Origin: Macrostomum lignano
Taxonomy: Eukaryota
DNA: 64,000 bases
Assembly (NCBI GenBank): GCA_002269645.1
Contig: NIVC01001691.1
Span: 1-64,000, forward strand
Direction: 5' to 3'
This document shows, piece by piece, positions 62,453 through 64,000 of this stretch (positions are counted from its first letter, which is position 1; every line of letters starts with the position of its first letter). The position numbers and the translations under genes were made by a program. The notes under the pieces are model-generated. The model did not search any database. It saw only the letters and a program-made list of their open reading frames with translations, and was not told where the DNA came from.

Positions 62453-62820
62453 CAGTGGCGTAGCCAGGAATTTCAATTGGGGGGCCGAGTTGGCCTGGCT
62501 GGCGCCATGCCTTATGCCATTGCCACTTTTGGCGCCACGGCACTCATTTTGGCGCCTCAGATATTTTGGCACCGCAGGCACTCATTTTGGCGCCGCAGGC
62601 ACTAGCTCATTTTCGCGTCGCAGGCACTCATTTTGGCGCCGCAGACACTCATTTTGGTGCCGCAGGCACTCATTTTAGCGCCGCAGGCACTCATTTTAGC
62701 GCCGCAGGCACTCAATAATTGCCTCATTGTTTTTGGTACCCGCCGCGCCCAACCCACCCCCCCCCCAGGCGATTGGGGGGGCTGCGGCCCCCGGCCCCCT
62801 GGCCCCTGGCTACGCCACTG
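62453..62820. mobile_element. hAT-type MITE with 16-bp TIRs, 8-bp TSD and internal 21-bp array
   Basis: CAGTGGCGTAGCCAGG ... CCTGGCTACGCCACTG; perfect TSD AAGAGTGT at 62445-62452 and 62821-62828; internal CACTCATTTTGGCGCCGCAGG repeats. Confidence 0.88.
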
Positions 62821-64000
62821 AAGAGTGTACATTTAACATAGCTGCTCCAACTGAACAAGCTTTAGTCTTGAATTTGAACGGTTTTCATAAACTTTATAAG
62901 TATTTTTTACTATTTTAACAAAGCAATATGAATTTTTATCATAAATGCTAATAAAAAGACTCGCTAGCAAACAAAAACAGTAAAAATACTAAAAGTATAC
63001 ATGTTCTTTACTCTGTATAAGCAATATAAAGGGCTCGTTAAATCGTGTTTTCTTGCACACACCTTAGGATTTAAACTGCGAAGTGCAACAGTTAAAATTC
63101 CTCGCGTGACTCATCATCGATTTTTTCCAGCGAACACCAATATGATTCAGTCGTTTAATATTTACCGCCAATATTTTTCGCTGTAAGTTTACAAAATCAA
63201 TATTTTAAACCAAATGGTTCGTTCTTTGTTTTTTAATACATTGAAATGTTATTAAGGCAAAAAAATCTGCATTAGCCTAACAACAACAGCAGACATTTGT
63301 GGCACAAACAAATAATTACAGTCAGTGTAGGGTACTATTGATTTAGTAAAATAGGTAGACCTAAAAAGTGAAACTGCTTTATATGGCTTAAATTATTGTT
63401 ATTTAATTTAAAACAATTATTTGTAGCTCTGTGTGTTATGAGAGAAGATATAGTTATGGATCATGTAATTTTTACAAAGTCAAGTTTGTCTTAGTCAATT
63501 TTGTCTTTTTCTGATAAACAGCATAGAATAGACTAGAGTATTTATTTTGGTTCTAATAAGTATTTAAATTTCAATTGAAGATACAAATTTTTTATGGTAT
63601 TTTTTCATAAAGTTAATGTTAATTATGTTAATAATGTTAATAATATTAATAATGTTAAAGTTAATTATATAAAAAATAAGTTGTATACAATATTTATTAG
63701 TGGCAGATCTAGAAATTTTTTTAGGGGGAGGGGGCAAGCTAGGCAGTTGTTATTTGCACATCACCATATAAATATTTCCCATGTTATTTACATAGTAGGC
63801 CTACCTGAAAAATACCTTATAAATAGTTATCTTATTTATATTAGGAACTACTCAATACTTACCATAGGCCTAGTCTAAAGCCAAATGTGGCCTTTATGCA
63901 GGAATTTTCTGGCATATTTTTGCTCTTGCTGCCAATCTTTGCCTACACTTGGCGTATAGAATTTTCAGGTTCAACATGAAGTGTAGGCCTACACAGTTGG

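Overview
Eukaryotic (animal) genomic DNA; the satellite load, GC-rich exons and poly-Q/poly-A proteins suggest a flatworm such as Macrostomum, but this is inference only. Positions 1-10073 are the right part of an AT-rich Polinton/Maverick (adintovirus-like) endogenous virus. It carries a frameshifted fibre-like gene (YTKxEVD repeats, discoidin-like and L-type-lectin domains), a gasderminX-like membrane protein, small orphan ORFs, a protein-primed PolB split by one -1 slip, two Gly-rich core-protein-like genes and an AGTAGT/ACTACT terminus folded into an ~80-bp-arm inverted repeat. The most unusual signal is a family of 27-30-nt twin-hairpin inserts with 2-nt direct-repeat flanks, sitting in frame inside viral genes, including next to the PolB DTDS motif. 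The remainder is host DNA: the last exon of SUCLG1, an unknown two-exon gene, RPAP2 (5 exons traced), a six-finger Gfi1/senseless gene on the minus strand (5 exons), three MITEs and more than 25 tandem arrays that explain most long low-complexity ORFs in the track.
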